Assembly: GCA_000708835.1 (NCBI GenBank)
Contig: DF237011.1
Location: 1-64,000, forward strand
DNA: 64,000 bases
Reading direction: 5' to 3'
DNA from: Klebsormidium nitens
Taxonomy: Eukaryota > Plantae > Klebsormidiophyceae
In this document: piece after piece, positions 51,704-64,000 of the stretch
Numbering within the stretch: the first letter of the stretch is position 1
How the letters are laid out: each line of letters starts with the position of its first letter
Translations under genes and position numbers: made by a program
Notes under the pieces: generated by a model
Told to the model about the DNA's origin: nothing
The model's input: only the letters and a program-made list of their open reading frames with translations
Databases searched by the model: none

Positions 51704-52298
51704 CGCCACGATCTCTGTGAATTTGCCATCGACTCCAGCAGGAAAGGATCATTGATACTGAGATACAGTATACATTAGGTAATAGGTATGTTTGTGCCGC
51801 CGTGCCAGCTGCGCGCGTGCGGGGCGTGTGCCATGCCAGAATATACCGGTGTACCGGCATGCCAGCATGACCATTGAAAACTTCCCGGCCATAATCCATG
51901 CAGTTACTAATCGTCAATTGTCACTCAATGACATGACAGTACAGATTGTTGAATTGAATAATTGTCATGCAATTCTGATTTTATTTTTGCTTACCATACA
52001 AGCATTGCTTGCATGAAACTTCTACAGCACCGCCTGCCTGTGGCACTCGAAAATGGATGTACATCAGGTTGATATCAGATTGGACCGTGCAGCCTGAGGC
52101 AGCTAGAGCGCTAGCCTACGATCAGCATGTCATCCACCAGGCCCTTTGAGGCATGTTGCCTGCGAAACTTGAACTCACGCATGCAGATTTTCATGGATCG
52201 GTCATTTATAAGTACGATCATCTACTTGAATCATTCACTACCGAAAATTTTAAAGAATCAACACTAGTACAATCATCCGATATTGTTCGCACTAGGAC

Positions 52299-52366
52299 CG
52301 TGACGGTCGATATCACAATCAGTAAATGGTTTCGTGACGGTCGATATCTTAATCAGTAAATGGTTT
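52299..52366. repeat. Two-copy 34-bp tandem duplication
   Basis: cgtgacggtcgatatc..aatcagtaaatggttt at 52299 and 52333. Confidence 0.9.
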
Positions 52367-52833
52367 CTTCAATGTGTCTACAAAGACAGGATGGTAACCT
52401 ACGCGTGAGGGATTGGCTTGCTTCGGCTTCGAATGTTGATTCGATATGGATAATTCTTACAATCAAACTTGATCAAGCCTCGATTTGATTGGCTTTACAG
52501 GCCGTCAAGATGCAGTAGACGCATTTCTCACAGAATCTGCGACGAAGTCGTTAGGTGATTGCAAGGCTACTGTACTCATCAATACAGTTGCGAGTGATTC
52601 AGTTCTGCAGGGATACTAGTACGTCACAATTGGGTAAGGGACTGTGCTCCTAGAAAAGGTGAGTCGAAGCACTGAACCAGCATGAGGCAAGTGTAAGCAT
52701 CCCGCATTTCAATGAAACGTTGTTGCTCACGGCTTGTGCATTGTGTATCGAACTTCGAAGCTCCAATGGTTTCTCGACTCGTCAATATCTGACTTTGAGC
52801 CCAACATCGAGCGGTGCCATCTTTAGACACAGC

Positions 52834-55800
52834 TCAACTCAGCGCCTTTGCCAATCTTTTTAGGGACCTGCGAGCAATGAGGACGTTTTCCGATTAACGG
52901 ATTTGTGTCATCAAATGCATGAGGGCAGAAGGAAGTAGGAGATTGAACCATGTAAAAGAGGCGCAGAACGTAAATTACTGAAGCCTCGAATCCATGCAGC
53001 ATATTTGAAAGCTACAAATTGACTTCCAGAACGTCGGCAAAATCGTTTACTGAAGGTTCAGCATCATTCCAAGCAAAAGCATAGAGAATCCCAGGACAGC
53101 GCCCACCTCTTTGGTCGCACTCTTTCTTCCTCCACGTATTCCATGGCACTTGGGTCACCGAAGTCGTGCGCTGGTTGCTCCGTTTCAGACTGCCAGCCAA
53201 CAAGAAGCCTCAAATTCAGCGACTCATTCCTTGGTCATGCGGTTGCATACATTAAGCTTACGACCACCACAGTTGTCATTCGAGCGGCTCTTTGCAAGAA
53301 CCGGGCAGTAGAGCGGCTCTTTATAAGAGACGGGCGGCCAAGTTTGTTGGGAACTGATATAGAAAATGCAGTAAAGGCGACAACAATGAACACATTTCTT
53401 AGATAACTTTGAAAGCCGAGAAGAAAATATATCGCCGCTTATCACGTCTAATGTCTCTTTTGAATTGCCTCTTGACATGATCTTAGAGTAGACAGAAGGA
53501 GCATCTTCCAGCGTCAGTTGCGCCATGCTTCACTCTTAATGAAATATAACAATGAACTCAAGCTACAAAAGACTTCGGCGTGTGTCAATCATGTGCATTG
53601 CTCGTCACAATCTATCGTATTTGAACGATCGAGCAGACCTGCCTTCAGCCGAGTTCTTCGATCCGCCCAAGCCAAACATTTGCTTCAAGCCGGTCCTTCC
53701 AAAAGCTGACCCTTCGTCCACAAACTTGCCAACCGTCCGCTGATCCGTCGGACTCTGAAAATGCAAACCGTAATCTGTTTGAGACAGCTTACGTTGGTAA
53801 CGACAATCGATGCGGACCGTCAAGGTAAGCACCAAAAACTAATCCATCAAAAGCTCGAACCAGTCCCTCAACTCTGTGAATCGTTGTATGATCCAATCCA
53901 CGTCCATTATACCCCATGAACCACATCATTCCGCCAGAATCCGGGTTGAAAAACGGAGGGAATCGGATGGATGAGTAGTGATGCGAGTCACTTACCTTCA
54001 GGCTCTTGGTCGCCTCGTCTTTCCGTGCGTCCACTTCTGCCTTGTGCTTCCGATGCTCCTCACTCAGCCGCTCTGCGTACGTGACTTTCTCTTGGATTGT
54101 TTGGAGGAGCTCTTCTGACGTCTTCAACCTGGAAAAGCGAGGCGGCACGTGAGAGGGTTGCTTAATATCGTCTCTGGCAGACGTTCTCCATCCTATCTAA
54201 ACCCCATTTCGGTTTCCGCTTTCACCACAAGAAAGTCGGTGGCGACTCACCGTTTGTTGCGGCTCTAGTCGGTTTCTTTGCTTGGAAAGTAAAGACCGGG
54301 CAACATGACTAGAGAGTTTTCCTGCTGACCTTGAAACGGAGATTGGTGTACGCCCTGCAGCCTTGTATACTTGACTTGATCACGGAAAAGCCCAGCGGCT
54401 CTTCAGGCTTACTTCGTGTATACCGTCTTTACCCATTCAAAACAATGACAGAGTCCCGGAATCAAGAGTCTCGTTCTGACCTGATGTCACACCTAAACTT
54501 CCGTAACCTTGTAGGACACCGTCGAAATCACCAAGGCAGCGTAGGCAACACGAGATACTCTAGAGTTCTGGCTCGAACCTCGGCTCGCCAGTGCCTTCGA
54601 CGACACTATATCTGAGCTAGGTCGAGGCAACAACTTGCATACCAGTACCAACGCCTTTGTAGAAAACGAGCCAGATTCATCGTTTAGGCATAAGCATCAC
54701 GGTGCCACGGCAACAACATTCTAGGTAAGATGGATGACGCTTCCTGAAAGCCTGTAGGAGACGTCACATGAGACTGTGCCTGACGAGATAAAAGTTGAGC
54801 TAGAATATCCAATCCTCTGGAACCACAAGAAGGTGAAGCCGTGCTCGATGTGCTCAATCGCTTCCATCACCTACCATCCTCATCCAGACATTCCCCAGAG
54901 ACTGCTCTTACGTCAACCTTGAGAAAGTCAGCCAGACTCCCGCAGGCAGAATCAGTCAAATTACAACATAAAGGCAGAAGCGGAGAGCCGTTGCGATTGG
55001 AAGGGACGGGCACAAAGGAGCATACCAGTCCTCCAGAGCTCCGGCCATGATCTGCAACTGGCCTGGCCTAATATCACGTCCGGCGGAAGCTTGCACCTGC
55101 GCAGGAGAGAAGGAAGCGCTCAGAGCGGGGAGACAGATATCTCACACTTACGCATGCAATCAACACAGGCCATACTCGTCCCAATGAACTAACACCAGCT
55201 TCTTAGTTTTCAAGAAACGGGTTGAGGATGAGAGTACGTTTGATTGCGAGTTGCTTTGAGTCTGCGGACCCATGATCGAGACCGCCAGCTTGTTTGAGAG
55301 GACCTGACAACACTGATGGTAATAGTTCTTCTGCATAAAGAGGAACTTTTCTTGTGGATTAAGATGTCGCAATGTCCTGGAGTAACGATGGTCACTGGAT
55401 GCCTCACCACGTTTGGATTATAACACAGCATGCCGAACACTCTTGTTACAAGCAACTGGAATGGGTGAATACTGATCAGAATGAAACTTTTTCAAGCGGG
55501 TAACAATTTGGCACAATTCGATGGCACTCACCTCTACACGTCGCTGCCTCTGGTCCAACTTTGCGTCCAAAATGCCCTGCAATGAAGCAGGAAGCCTCGC
55601 GCTCTGTGAAAACAAAAGCTGCTTTGGCAGACCCCCTCTCAAGTTTTTGGTCGAAAGGCACTAAACGAACCATGCCACAGGATGTGTCACATGAAAAACG
55701 ACTGAGCTAAGCAAGAATGGCGGCCCTTCCAAATAGTGCTCATTCTAGTAACATGCTTTTCAGTGTTGCCAACAAACGACAGCAGGATCATGTTGAGTAC

Positions 55801-57602
55801 TTACCGTGTACATGCAGTCATTGATGACAAAATCCTCTAGTTCCCGGGTGTTTGAGATATCCAGCTCGTTCGAAAGAAGGTCGTAAGGAAGGGTCTGCAG
55901 GAATGTTGACAAGGAGCTTCAGGGGAATTCGATCCTCCTTAGCATTTTATTAATAGGCAGTTCAGAACAGCGCTGTGCTTCTAGAGAGAGTCCATGGAGT
56001 CGAAGAAATGTGGGGAGACAAGTCCCACTCTCTGTCCACGTGGAACTTCACTAACAAGCTCGATATCCAACATACGGCCACTTTGGCTATGATACAAACG
56101 ACCACTCGCAAGCAGGCAGGACTTAGAGGAACAAAGGCCAACAAATAGTAGCTGGTGCACACAAGAAAATCGGTGAAAGCAGTAGAAAAGAACGGATGAA
56201 TTGTAAGATTCATACCTTTGAATTCTCCGCCAAGGACATGACTGTCAGTTGCTTGAGCTTTAGAATTTGGGGAGGGGTCAATGGGGGCAGCGAGCTTGCA
56301 TGATCTGCGATCAAGACTGAGCATAATCAGGGCAAAGGTTCATTCTACTCCGTGCAGCATCTGGCCGCTTTCTAGGTGACAAACCAGCAGACACTGCTCC
56401 ACAGATGAAACTTTAGTGCCAAATGACATGAAGCCTCGTGCGTCCACTCAAAGATTTGACAATTGATGGTCTGTTCTCAAGAAGAAAAAATGAGTTGCAA
56501 TGTCTGCCTTTGCAAACAGATTAAGTTTGAGCAGAACTGACACTGACTGACACTTTCTCCATTCCCCTGTGGAAACTTTGCCAACGCTGATTCTTTTCTA
56601 AACAAACATTCTAAAGCATGTTCGAGACAGAACAAAGCATCAGCAGAGATGCTACGCTGCAAGGCGTGATTTGCTTACTTTTGTAATCTGTCCAAGTACC
56701 ATGTGCAAAGAGTCTTAGTAGATCCAGAGCTGCTGCATGCTCTGAACCTTGCAACTGCAGCAAAGAGGCTCCGTTTATCAGAGTTGATCATTTAGTCCCT
56801 CCCTCATTGATAAGCGGAGAAGCTGAAATGTCTGTGAATGATCAACATGAGGCAGTTCAAGATTGCTTGTATTTGTCGGATTTTCGTGAGAAAGAGATTA
56901 GAAAGGATGTGTAGTTGTGTAGAGTATTAACATCAGTCTGCTCTTCTGCAATCCACTCGTACCACCACTCTCCAAACTTCTGTCTTGCGGCCCTGGTGAT
57001 TTAGCATGAGACTTTCTATGCATTACTATCAAACAAACTGAGTATGGGGCAAGGCATCTTGCTAGGTAAGATATCAGGCGCTCGATCCCCAATGATGCAG
57101 GTTAAGCACTCAGCATGCACCTGTAGCCTTCAAAGCAACAATCATCTAGCAACATCATCAAACTAAAAAACTTGTGGTTCTAGGTGGTTCCTAGCTTGAT
57201 CTCGTCAATCACAGCTGCTAGGAACATTCCAGGCAGATATGGGTACGATGTGACCACCTTCACAATCAAACTCAAAAGTGGTTTTCGAGATGCAAGCGTC
57301 TGACTTTCTTAGTGTTAAGTACAAGAATTAAAAACATGGAGAGGATGGACCCTTTTTGATTACAGTGCAGAAACAGTCGGTGGATCAGGCAGACAACACC
57401 TTCATCCAAATTGAAGTTGCTATGACAATCTGCAGTTGCTCACCTCCTGTATGGAGGGGGTGTCCAGCAGTTCTCCAAATGCAAAAAGTCCTGGCTCGCA
57501 TGTAGCCTGCTTCACAATTTCAGCCGCTCCTCGACCGCGGACATTCTTCGCCAAGAGAACAAACTGTTCCACCAGCGCCACCTGCCTGCCTTCCACCTCC
57601 AT
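52834..57602 (-). CDS. CSN7: COP9 signalosome subunit 7 (PCI domain), 259 aa
   Basis: Exons 57602-57444, 56754-56679, 56304-56216, 55894-55805, 55576-55532, 55096-55026, 54128-53996, 53189-53107 and 52867-52834 (780 nt; last exon least certain). Motifs LFAFGELL, LLRLFAHGTWTDYK, QILKLKQLTV, LPYDLL..ELD, RELEDFVINDCMY, AGRDIRPGQL, RPKR. Confidence 0.92.
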
Positions 57603-58368
57603 TGCGCCTTACGCAGAGCAGAGACGCTTTGAAGTTTAGTCACCAGGACAACGAAGGCGAGCTCAGTTTGGGAGCAAAGGACGTTTTCAGGACTGCTTTG
57701 CAACATTCACAAACGTTGACGCCTCGTTGACGTGCTGGCGGCAGGCTCAGACTCGGAGTCAAATGACAATACACAAGATTCTCAGGAACTGGAAATTGGA
57801 AAGCGAGTGCAGATTTTGGCGTTCTGCTCAAGATTTAGCCATTTCCCGTCTGCTTTGGAGCCGTGCCGGTAATGCCCCTTCGACGGTTCTTTTTTGTGGC
57901 TTTGGTGTGTCAATTTGTTACAGATCTTGTGGATCCACCAATTTGACACCAGATCCTGGCAAACCCTCGAAAACTCGCCTAAGAATCAACCGGCTACACA
58001 ATATTAGGGCGAAAGATCCAGATTTTGCAGGGAAGAACCTTGAAATGTCTTCAGATCGAAAGCTGCATTTTGTCGAGAGAGCAAGCGCTTGATCGAAGCA
58101 GGAGCTTTCATACGAAGGCTGCATGGCGGGCCTTCAAGTTTCCTGCTTCAGGAAAAGCATGCTGGGGCCTGCCATCCAAGACAGCGGTTAGAATCCAAAC
58201 ATAACAAATGCACCACGTTTGCACCACCGCGGTGTCTCTGTTGTCCTTCTTTGGAGAGGATACTCCATGACAGTTGCTAGCTGAAATGAAGACTGTGCGA
58301 TGAAGATGCAATAAGGGCTTGTTGCTTGCTGTATACCTCCAACCGCAGTACAATCGAAGAAGTGAAAA

Positions 58369-61300
58369 ATGGAGGAATTGACAACATTTCGTAATCAACG
58401 GCAGAGCCTGAGAGGTCGAATCGAGAGCCGACGGAAACAGGGGCTTGCTTTGGTTGGAGAAGTTGAGCAGTTTGAATGGAGCCCTTGGCCGATCAGAGGT
58501 AAGTCACACTGCTTCTCTGAGCAGGTTCAGTGGTCAGTCTCTGGTCAGAGACACATCAAACTAGAGGACATTGCATAAAATGCCTACACTCTCAAAGGAC
58601 AGCCCTGGCTTCAGCCCCTCATTTTCAATGCCATGGATGTTTTCAATGTTGGTAGCTTCAAAGCGTTGAGTTTTTATTGTGATCATCTCATCATTTTAAA
58701 GAACTTTACTGCAACTATGTGAAAGACTGAGAGGAAGCCTGTTACAAATCTTTGACCCCGCACCACCACTACACTACCCGAAAATTGGAATATCCTCCGG
58801 CCTGTTTTTTAGTCAGCACAAGTGCGAACAGGTGACACAAGTATGTATTTTGAAGTGATCCTTGCCCTGTAGGCGGTATCACAGACGTATCAGTCCAGAT
58901 CTGAATCCGGAGAATTGCAACTTTGTTAGTTTTCTCAAACAGGATATCAGCAGCAGACAAGGTAAGGCGTCAATTTTCCAGAGCCAGTAATACTCTCTGA
59001 TATTATTTCTGCCTGACAATTCCTGTCAATTTCTGAAGCTGAGACATGAGAGTGTAAGAAGATACAGGTAAAAGAATGGAATTCAACACACTGCCGCTGG
59101 GCAACCACTCTGCAGGTTCGTCTAACCAGGCCAACGGCCACCTTGAGCCAGGACACATTGAGAATGGAAGGGGGGAGAGCAAACGTGCAAGGGTGGAAAC
59201 AGGCCAGGCGGAGGGGGGGCCTGACAGGATTGTACGGGGAATGATTGCTGCCTGCTTGCTTGCACCGGGGGTCACGGCTCCGAAGGACTCTGCATGGATG
59301 AACAGAACGTGAGGCTTCGCTCAGACTTACAATCAGCTTGAACTTAGAAATTCCGAGTATTACAAACAGCTTGAATCTAGAAAATCTGAGTACCTGCGTC
59401 TGAGGCTGGCCAAGTTCTTTCAGATGAAGAGCAGGTGGTGGCCCAAGAGGATTGGTGACCAGATGACGCGGTTTTGGATCGCCGAATAATCATAGAAGAG
59501 CGTTAAGGAAATACTTGAAAGTACAGGAGAGTCATTAAGCAAGCAGGAAGCAGAACTTGTCTTTGCCAACGCCTCTCCTTGAGTTGATTGAATCGAATGC
59601 TCTTGTGTGGGGTAAGACAAACATCAAGACAGATTCTCACTTCCTGTTCCCAGTTGTACATGCTCTTGGTAGGATATTCAGCCATCAAAAGTTTTGGCTT
59701 GGCATTGGGCTGATCAAGCCCCTGCATGACTCCAAAATCCGCAAGTGAAAGCCTGCAGAATGAAGGTGAGATTCGCCTTCTCAGTTGCTTTCCAAAGAAA
59801 GTCGTAAGGGAGTGCGAAGGAGGCTCAAAGCCCTGAGCACCTGTTCTTGCTTGGCCCGAGCAATATCCTTCCAGCTACGGAAAGGTTCCCAAGAGTTTGT
59901 GGTCTTGTAGCCACACCCGGCATATCTCAACTATATACCTAAGAGCTATGACATAATCCAAGTTCAAATACAATTTGTGCACAAATATGAGCTCCGCCCT
60001 AACAACCTGCACTTCCTCTCTCCCAGTCTCCAGAAGGAAGCCACCCCCGAGGAGCGCCAGGCGCTCTCCGACGCCGGCGGCAAAGATGGGCCCCTCGCCG
60101 CCGTCGAATCCTCCCTCCGTTTCCTCGCCGGGGGGTCCGACCCCGCCCTCGAGATCGAAGACTTCGCAGTGAGTGAGCAGAATCGCATCCTGGTTCTCGA
60201 CTACGACCGTGCGCGCCTCGCCACTTTCCTCCCCCCCGGAATGCGACTGGTCTCGCGGACGGTGAACGCAGCGGGGGGGCCGGAGAGGGAGGTGCGAACG
60301 CCAGGTCGGGGGGTCCCTCCGCCAGCTAGATTTGGGGGGGGTTGGGAGGACGGCCCAGGTGGGGGGATGGTTCGGCCGCCGCCGTTTCTGGGGGGCCCGC
60401 CGTTCATGCCCCGGCCGCACTTTGGCGGACCCCCGGGGCCAGGGAGGCCGCCGTTCCGACCCCCCCTGCCTGCAGGGCCGCCGACTGTGGAGGCGGGCGA
60501 CAAAGTAAGGCCGTTTTGCCACCAAAGCGCATGCGCATGTGAATGTGCACGTGAATTCTTGAAGGAAACCGTTGTCCCATGTTCTCGTTTGCTTCCGTCG
60601 GTTCGGCTCGATTGTCTTTGAGTTCGTTGTGTTTTCTTCTGCCAAGCGCTATGGACTTACAAAGAAAGGAACGGTATAGATTTAAAAACGAGCTCGTCGG
60701 CTTCTCTTGAGGTTTTTTTGTGGGGCAGCTCGATGTTCCTTTGTTTTGGCGTGAAAGCGACGACAATGCCCCACTACTCTTGAAGACGGTCTTCAACGAA
60801 GTTTTGCACTAGATGTCCTCAAAGCTTAATCTGATCGACCCGGCACTCGAAATGAAAATCCTACACCACCCGCCTCTTTGCTTCGGATCATTTATCTGCT
60901 TAAAGGAAGGTCAAGCATCCAGGAACGACGAGATGACGCAGTGGCGCCTCACGGATTTGATACTGCTTTCCAGCCTTCTTCCCCAGCGGCGTGATCGCTT
61001 CAGAGCGTCGCCTTGAAGTCTGACGCTCTGACCGCGGTCTATTTCCAAGGAGAAGTTCCAACTGAAACTTTCAACAAAAGAACCCCGGCTAGCAAAGTCT
61101 TGCCAAGGGTCCGTATGCCTTTCCTTCTTTTCGATGCTTTCCTGTTGCTTTCATCCACTGCAATTCCACTTCCTGTCATAAAAGCTCCTTGTTCCCTTCC
61201 ATCTGCATCGTACGGTGACGCCATCATGCTGTTGTGATGCCATCGTGCTGACGTGTGCAGGACCTGGACGCGCTGCTCAACAAGAAGTCGGTGAAGGAGG

Positions 61301-64000
61301 TGCAGAAGAGCAAGGAGGGCGAGGAGTTGCTCGAGCTGCTCTACAAGCCCACTGCAAAGGCCAGCGCAGTTGCCTCCAAGGTGAACAATTGTTTCACCCC
61401 GGTCAACTTTCTAGGTTTGGGACATGTCGACCAGGCAAGGGGTCAATCTCAACGGAAAATGTTACCACTAGAATCATTGTTTTCCTTTCTTTCTTTCGTT
61501 CTCTGTCTTTCGTGTCAAGTTTTGTAGCTTGGACGAATGATCTGGGACAGGGGTTTACAAACGATAGAAGAAGGATCTTAGAGAGGCAGGCTCAACATCC
61601 AAGGTGGAACTAGACTGGAGAGAAGCAACTCGAGCTGACCCACAAGCCCACTGCCAAGGCCTGCGCCATCGTATTCGAGTTGAGTGGTTATTCGTGCCTT
61701 TGTTGTGTCGAAAAGAAATCTGATGGTTTTTGGGGAAGCACGAGACTGGCTTCAAACGCCCAGTGCATATGTGGGCCGTCGACAGAAGAGAGGGACTTCG
61801 TTCGGGGTAGCTCTTTTGCGCTTCGTCCGAAGGCATCAAGAGCATTGTTGCAAAGGATTTGCGAATCAGGGGAAGCATATTCTTATGGCGTTCCTTATGA
61901 TGTTGATGCTTGCACCTTCGGAGGCCCCGAAGGGAGACCGCCCTTTTCCGCATATTGGTTTTGACCTGAATCAATTTCCAGAAAGATAGCAGAGCCTGTC
62001 CAGAGGCGATTGCCGCCGAAATGGCTCTTGTCCTTCAAGTGCGGAAGGCGCGACAAAGTTTCACTTTATGACGCAAACGCTCAGGAAATGCACTGAAAAA
62101 GTCGTTGTTTCCCGTTCACACTTCGAAATCCAAGGTCGGTTCCGCCCTTGAAAGAACTCTGCAAGTTCCTTACTAAAGAAAACCGACGGTGGAACCGGCA
62201 GTCACTTTCGCGCGCAAACGCTCAGCTTGCTCAGGCACCGAAAGCTGTCGTCCTCCTTTCGCAGTTCAAAAGTAAAGGCGGCTCCGCTCTGAAGGAGTAC
62301 TGCGAGTTCCTGACCAAGGAAGATTGCCGCCGGAACCGGCAGTCGTTCTTCGCATGCGAGAAGGTCCACTTTCGGCGCATCATCATGCCGCACACTGACG
62401 TCAACCTCGGCGACTGCTCCTTCCTGGACACGTGTCGCCACATGAAGGTGCGATGCTTTTACCGAATCTCGCCGCTCCTTCCTGGTCACGTGTTCCCACA
62501 AGAAAGCGTGCTGCCTTTAGCGCTAAGGTCGCCTCTTCTCATCACCTATTTCACACCAAGGTGCGCTGCTTTAATCTCAGTCGCTTCTTCCTGGTTACCG
62601 TGTTTCCACATGGAGATGTGTTGCTTGAGTTGTCACATCCTGTACCCCTCGTCCTTAAAGCCTTTCTGCGTTGTCATTGCGGTGCGTGACACCCGTTGCT
62701 GTCTCCAAACGGCACGAGGTGCGCACAGTGGGCAAGATTGATAGATGTCGCGTCTGTTAAACTAACAGAGCTCCCGATCAGTCGGAGGACGTGCGTTTTG
62801 AAGGATACAGCGACTAGACTGAAAACCTTCCGACGTCTCTCTGTTCAGAGGAGTAGCATTCAGCCCGTGTTTATCCTGCTCCTCAAGATTATTGGCAGTG
62901 AAAGTCTTGCCCATCCTACAATTTCTCCACCGTCGAGACTGGGCGTTTTGATCTTTGCGTCCAATGCGTTTGACATTTTCGTATCAGCAGAACTTGGATC
63001 TTTTCATAACAGCAGAACTTGGGCACAACCAAGGGATTGAATGTCGACGTGAAAGAAGCATCAAAGATAATGATAACACTTGACATTCGGCAGCTTTCTC
63101 AACTTTCCCCTCAAACGCTGGATGTAACCCTTTCTTATTCGCTGAAATAAATTCCCTCTGGTTACGCGGCATCTGACTTCCGCTACTCATTGCAGACCTG
63201 TAAATACGTCCACTACGAGTTGGACCCCACCCCCGACGTCCCCCCCCACCCCAGCGTTGTTCCCCCCTCCTTGGGCGCCCCCCCGAAAAAGGGCGCCGAG
63301 TACTGCAGCCCCGAGGAGCTCGGCGAGCCGCAGTGGATCAACTGCGACATCCGGACGTTCAACTACCCGATCCTCGGAAAGGTCGGTATTCGGGCCACCA
63401 GATTTCAATAGGAGGAAGTTTTTGTATCCGTGATTCAGTCCCCGTATGTGTAATCCTAAGAGGCGGATTGGCAACGGCGTTCTCGGCAAGAGTCTCTGGC
63501 ACAATCTAATTTGAAGGAACTTCTGTGCGAATTTTTTGGCGGGGTGTTTCTGCAGACTTCTAGGTCGACTGTCGACCGTTCACAGCCCTTTTTCTGCTCT
63601 GCAGTTCGGTGTCACCATGGCAGTCCTTCCGGGGACCATTTGCGTGGATCTGTCGTTCCGATCAGGCTCAGACCATTACGTGTCGATTGTTCGACACTTC
63701 AAGTTCTTACCCAGCTAGACCCCCTCTTGCTTTGCAATCTGGTGTCACATGGCGGACCTCCCCTTGGACTTCCAGGTGGAGCTGCCATACCGATCAGGCT
63801 CACGTCTCAAATCTTTGACACTCCGGTTCGTAACCCGATCAGATCTAGTCTTGCTCTGCAGTTTGGTGTCATCATGGCGGATCCCCCCCCGAAACATCCA
63901 CACGGAACCGCCATACCAATGAGGCTTAGACCAGCTTGCGTCAGATAATTGACACTTAGGATTGTCAAAAGCCTAGAGCCCCTCTTGTTTTGCAGTTTGG
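58369..64000 (+). CDS. MTA: mRNA m6A methyltransferase MTA (METTL3/MT-A70), 5' part; the catalytic DPPW exon probably starts at 63996 and continues beyond the window
   Basis: Exons 58369-58498, 59116-59308, 60027-60504, 61261-61380, 62265-62447 and 63196-63381. Motifs [85 protein letters not shown]. Confidence 0.92.
62450..62730 (+). repeat. Decayed ~56-bp tandem copies of the end of MTA exon 62265-62447 plus donor
   Basis: ctccttcctgg.cacgtgt..ccaca.gaa copies at ~62476 and ~62581; AAG|GTGCG retained at 62561. Confidence 0.75.
63590..64000 (+). repeat. Tandem ~130-bp copies of the acceptor plus start of the MTA catalytic exon (FGVIMADPPW)
   Basis: tcttg.t.tgcag|tt.ggtgtca at 63605, 63738 (AG>AA), 63862 and 63996. 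Confidence 0.88.

Noticed and set aside
59875-60645. 256-aa minus-strand ORF
   Set aside because: Antisense shadow of the GC-rich, proline-rich MTA exon 60027-60504.

Overview
Eukaryotic nuclear DNA with GT-AG introns and plant-type genes. The compact, GC-rich exons suggest a streptophyte alga (Klebsormidium-like; this is an inference). I hand-spliced ten protein-coding loci, and the modelled exon phases are mutually consistent except where noted: organellar GET3/ArsA ATPase (-), CMC2 twin-CX9C protein (+), HAL3/PPC decarboxylase (+), an intronless 4x CxxC-CxxC zinc-ribbon ORF (-), SAWADEE homeodomain SHH (+), cytosolic enolase (-), phosphoglycolate phosphatase (+), a QALGGH C2H2 zinc-finger protein (-, apparent 1-nt frameshift), CSN7 (-) and the m6A writer MTA/METTL3 (+, runs off the window). 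A 1.2-kb element with terminal inverted repeats and twin perfect palindromes lies at 40.7-42.0 kb. No rRNA, tRNA, CRISPR array or autonomous transposon was recognised. The most striking signal is in the introns: in five genes they contain tandem, decaying copies of the adjacent exon edge plus its splice site ('exon echoes', units of about 55-230 bp, up to 7 copies). These often keep the GT or AG and sit beside exons with very high GC3.
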